A stretch of DNA of 64,000 nt from NCBI GenBank assembly GCA_963845245.1, contig CAWJRJ010000014.1, positions 118,389 to 182,388 on the forward strand, given 5' to 3'. Origin of the DNA: Nitrospirota bacterium (lineage in GTDB: Bacteria; Nitrospirota; JACRHJ01). Positions 61,235 through 64,000 of the stretch are shown piece by piece. The number at the start of each line of letters is the position of its first letter. Position 1 is the stretch's first letter. Position numbers and translations under genes: made by a program. The notes under the pieces were generated by a model that was given only the letters and a program-made list of their open reading frames with translations, was not told where the DNA came from and did no database searches.

Positions 61235-62281
61235 TTGCCCGAACTTAGAAAAGACCCCATCATCGGCCGCTGGGTGATCATCTCCACCGACCGCGCCAAG
61301 CGCCCCACCGATTTCTCCCGCGAGTCACGACCAAGCCGAAGGGCGGCTTCTGCCCCTTCTGCTCCGGCAACGAGGACAAGACCCCGCCCGAGATCCTGGC
61401 CTACCGGCCGCAACCCGGAGGCGCGGCCCGCAGCCGGACAGCCCCGGCTGGCTGGTGCGCGTGGTGCCCAACAAGTTCCCGGCGCTGGGCATCGAGGGCA
61501 ACCTCGAACCGCCAGGGCGAGGGCATCTACGACAAGATGAACGGCATCGGCGCCCACGAGGTCATCATCGAGACGCCCGGAGCACGACGCAGACCCTGGC
61601 CACGCTCGCCGCAGAAGCGCGATCGAGGACGTGCTCTGGGCCTACCGCGACCGCATCATCGACCTGAAGCAGGACACGCGCTTCAGCTACATCCTGATCT
61701 TCAAGAACCACGGCGAGGCGGCCGGCGCCTCGCTCGAGCACACGCACTCGCAGCTCATCGCCCTGCCCATCGTCCCCAAGCTCGTGGCGGAGGAGCTGGA
61801 CGGCGCCAAGCAGTACTACCACTACAAGGAGCGCTGCGTCTTCTGCGACATCATCCGCCAGGAGCTGGACGACCGGCAGCGCGCGTCGTGGCCGAGAACG
61901 AGGACTTCGTCACCCTGGCGCCCTACGCGCCGCGCTTCCCGTTCGAGACCTGGATCCTGCCCAAGCGCCACGAGTCGGCGTTCGAGAACTCCGCCTCGCC
62001 GACGTCTACGAGAGCCTGGCGGGCGCGCTGAAGACGCTGCTGCAGAAGACCGACCGCGTGCTCGACAATCCCGCCTACAACTTCATCATCCACACCTCGC
62101 CGGTGCAGGAGTCCGACCAACGACTACTACCACTGGCACATCGAGATCATGCCCAAGCTGACCAAGGTGGCCGGCTTCGAGTGGGGCACCGGGCTTCTAC
62201 ATCAACCCCACGCCGCCCGAGGAGGCCGCGCGCTTCCTGCGCGAGGCCAGCGTGGAGACAGCCCAGCCCGTGGCGGTATAG
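61235..62281 (+). CDS. galT: Galactose-1-phosphate uridylyltransferase, frameshifted
   Basis: MPELRKDP..GRWVI....[50 protein letters not shown]. Confidence 0.92.
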
Positions 62282-62338
62282 AAGCAGTGGTTGGTGGTTG
62301 AGCGGCTGGAAGATGGCGGCTGACGACGGATCGCCGCG

Positions 62339-62551
62339 CTACCCGTGGTTTTCCTTGTATTCCTCGTGCCAGGCCATCTGGATGGCTTCGAGCTTGCCCT
62401 CATTGGAGAGTTTGGGATCGGCGCTGAAGCCGGGCAGCTCGATGACGTACTTGTGCAGGTCGGTGAAGCGCACCGTCAGCGGGTCCAGGTCGGGAAACTT
62501 TTCCGACAGCATGATGGCGATGTCTTCGGTCGTGTCCCAAGTCAGCTCCAT
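62339..62551 (-). CDS. iscX: Fe-S cluster assembly protein IscX
   Basis: L.W....DIA..L.E..PD.DP..VRFTDL...V..L..F..DP..SNE..LEAI...W..E. Confidence 0.95.
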   Translation of the reverse strand: MELTWDTTEDIAIMLSEKFPDLDPLTVRFTDLHKYVIELPGFSADPKLSNEGKLEAIQMAWHEEYKENHG

Positions 62552-62593
62552 CGCTCCCCCTCCTTCACCCTTTAACGAATCAACCCTTCACCC

Positions 62594-63013
62594 TTAGTGC
62601 TCCGGTTCCTTGACGAAGTTCTTGTTCCACTCCGGGATCTCGATGACCAGGTCCTTGGAGCCGTCGGGGACGCACTGGCAGCCCAGGCGGGACTTGGGCG
62701 TGATGCCGGGCGCCATGTCGAGCTCGTCCAGTTCGGCGTCGGCGGCCTCGTTGCACGATTCCAGGCCCTCGTGCACCACCACGTGGCAGGTGGAGCAGGC
62801 GCACACCCCGCCGCAGGCGTGGTCGAGGCCGAGGTGGAAGCCCTCGGAGATGTCGAGGATCGAGCCCGGCAGCCCGTTGTGGCCGTAGGGAACTTTCTCC
62901 GGGTCGAGTTCGACCTCGGTGTCCGGCTGGCCGGCGCGGATGAACTTCACCTTGTACTTCTGGGTCGCCGGCGTGTACTTGGTCTCTTCGATGTATGGAT
63001 TCTTGCCGCCCAT
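62594..63013 (-). CDS. fdx: ISC-type 2Fe-2S ferredoxin
   Basis: HACGGVCACSTCHV, E.D.LD.A.G....SRLGCQ. Confidence 0.93.
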   Translation of the reverse strand: MGGKNPYIEETKYTPATQKYKVKFIRAGQPDTEVELDPEKVPYGHNGLPGSILDISEGFHLGLDHACGGVCACSTCHVVVHEGLESCNEAADAELDELDMAPGITPKSRLGCQCVPDGSKDLVIEIPEWNKNFVKEPEH

Positions 63014-63015
63014 GA

Positions 63016-64000
63016 TTATTTGATCTCCGCGGGAGCGATGGGATGGGGCGCGCTCGGCCCTTCGCCCATATCCGCCTCTGCCACCTGTGCCATGGTCTTG
63101 CCCTTGAGCGCCGAGGAGACGGCCGAATCCATCATCAGCTCGGCCAGCCGCAGCGTGGCCTGGTTCAGCTTCTCGATGGAGTCGCGGATGGCGCGGTAGT
63201 CCTCGCCCACGCTCACTTTCTTCAACTCCGCCTCCAGCTTCCCGATCTGCTTGCGCTCGGCGTTCTTGAGCTGCCGCCACGCCGGGTTGTTGCGCCCCTT
63301 CTCCAGCGCGCCCAGGATGTTCTCCGCCTCGTTGCGCGCCTCGATGATCTGGCGCTGGCGGAAGTCCTCTTCGGCGTAGTCGAACGACTCCAGGATCATC
63401 TGCTCCACCTGCTCATCGGTGAGGCCGTAGGTGGGCTTGACCTCGATCTCCGCTTCCTTGCCGCTGCGCTGCTCGCGCGCCGAGACGTGCAGGATGCCGT
63501 TGGCGTCGATGAGGAAGCGCACCTCGATGCGCGGCATGCCCGCCGCCATGGGCGGGATGCCCTTCAGGTCGAAGCGCGCCAGCGACCGGCAGTCCTTCGC
63601 CAGCTCGCGCTCGCCCTGCAGCACGTGGATGGCGACGTTGGTCTGGCCTTCGACCCCGGTGGTGAAATGCTCGACGGCGGACGCGGGCACGGTGGAGTTG
63701 CGGTGGATGATCTTGGCCACCACGCCGCCCAGGGCCTCGATGCCCAGCGAGAGCGGGGTCACGTCGAGTAGCAGCATGTCCGCCGTGGCAGCGGAGCCGC
63801 CGGCCAGGATGTTGGCCTGCACCGCCGCGCCCAGCGCCACCACTTCGTCGGGGTTCAACTCGATGTGCGGCTCGCGCTGGAAAAGCTCCTTCACCAGCGC
63901 CCGAACTTTCGGGATGCGCGTGGAGCCGCCCACCAGCACGACTTCATGGATCTCGGCGGGCGTGAGCTTGGCATCCGCCAGCGCTTGCTTGCAGGGGCCG
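63016..64000 (-). CDS. hscA: Fe-S chaperone HscA (Hsp70), 5' truncated by window edge
   Basis: LVGGSTRIP, NPDEVVALGAA.QA, LLDVTPLSLG.E, F.IDANGIL; upstream of fdx-iscX. Confidence 0.9.
   Translation of the reverse strand, partial: GPCKQALADAKLTPAEIHEVVLVGGSTRIPKVRALVKELFQREPHIELNPDEVVALGAAVQANILAGGSAATADMLLLDVTPLSLGIEALGGVVAKIIHRNSTVPASAVEHFTTGVEGQTNVAIHVLQGERELAKDCRSLARFDLKGIPPMAAGMPRIEVRFLIDANGILHVSAREQRSGKEAEIEVKPTYGLTDEQVEQMILESFDYAEEDFRQRQIIEARNEAENILGALEKGRNNPAWRQLKNAERKQIGKLEAELKKVSVGEDYRAIRDSIEKLNQATLRLAELMMDSAVSSALKGKTMAQVAEADMGEGPSAPHPIAPAEIK

Noticed and set aside
1..64000. CRISPR arrays, tRNA/rRNA genes, IS transposases, reverse transcriptase/DGR
   Set aside because: No regular repeat-spacer arrays, RNA-gene signatures or corresponding protein motifs seen by eye

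Overview
The window looks like at least three unrelated bacterial sequences joined end to end, with junctions near 46.1 kb and 58.54 kb where genes are cut mid-frame. Segment 1 (1 to ~46.1 kb; Nitrospirota/Desulfobacterota-like by gene content, which is an inference) is mostly housekeeping: hemA-hemC-hemD-hemB, maf, panC, folK, mqnB-mqnD, c-di-GMP genes, rnr, rplU-rpmA-obg, proB-proA-nadD-rsfS-rlmH. Embedded in it at 16338-26773 is the main find, an intact and tightly packed ~10.4 kb phage-derived operon. It encodes a Cys-rich HTH regulator, a Com-like Zn ribbon, a short terminase small subunit, a terminase large subunit, a Mu-like protease/scaffold, portal, cement, major capsid and neck proteins, a 55-aa tape-measure-like ORF, a Dit-like protein, an 847-aa hub protein and two holin-like genes. 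It has no transposase, integrase, repressor, replication gene, tail tube or sheath, endolysin or att/Mu ends. This is the architecture expected of a domesticated gene-transfer-agent-like particle built on a Mu-type head, although a degraded prophage cannot be excluded from sequence alone. Segment 2 (~46.1-58.5 kb) holds secreted and accessory genes plus an E. coli-type fadR with its operator. Segment 3 (GC-rich, Acidobacteria-like) holds an aminotransferase, yraN, galT and iscX-fdx-hscA. Many genes after 27 kb carry single-base frameshifts that are most likely sequencing or consensus errors.
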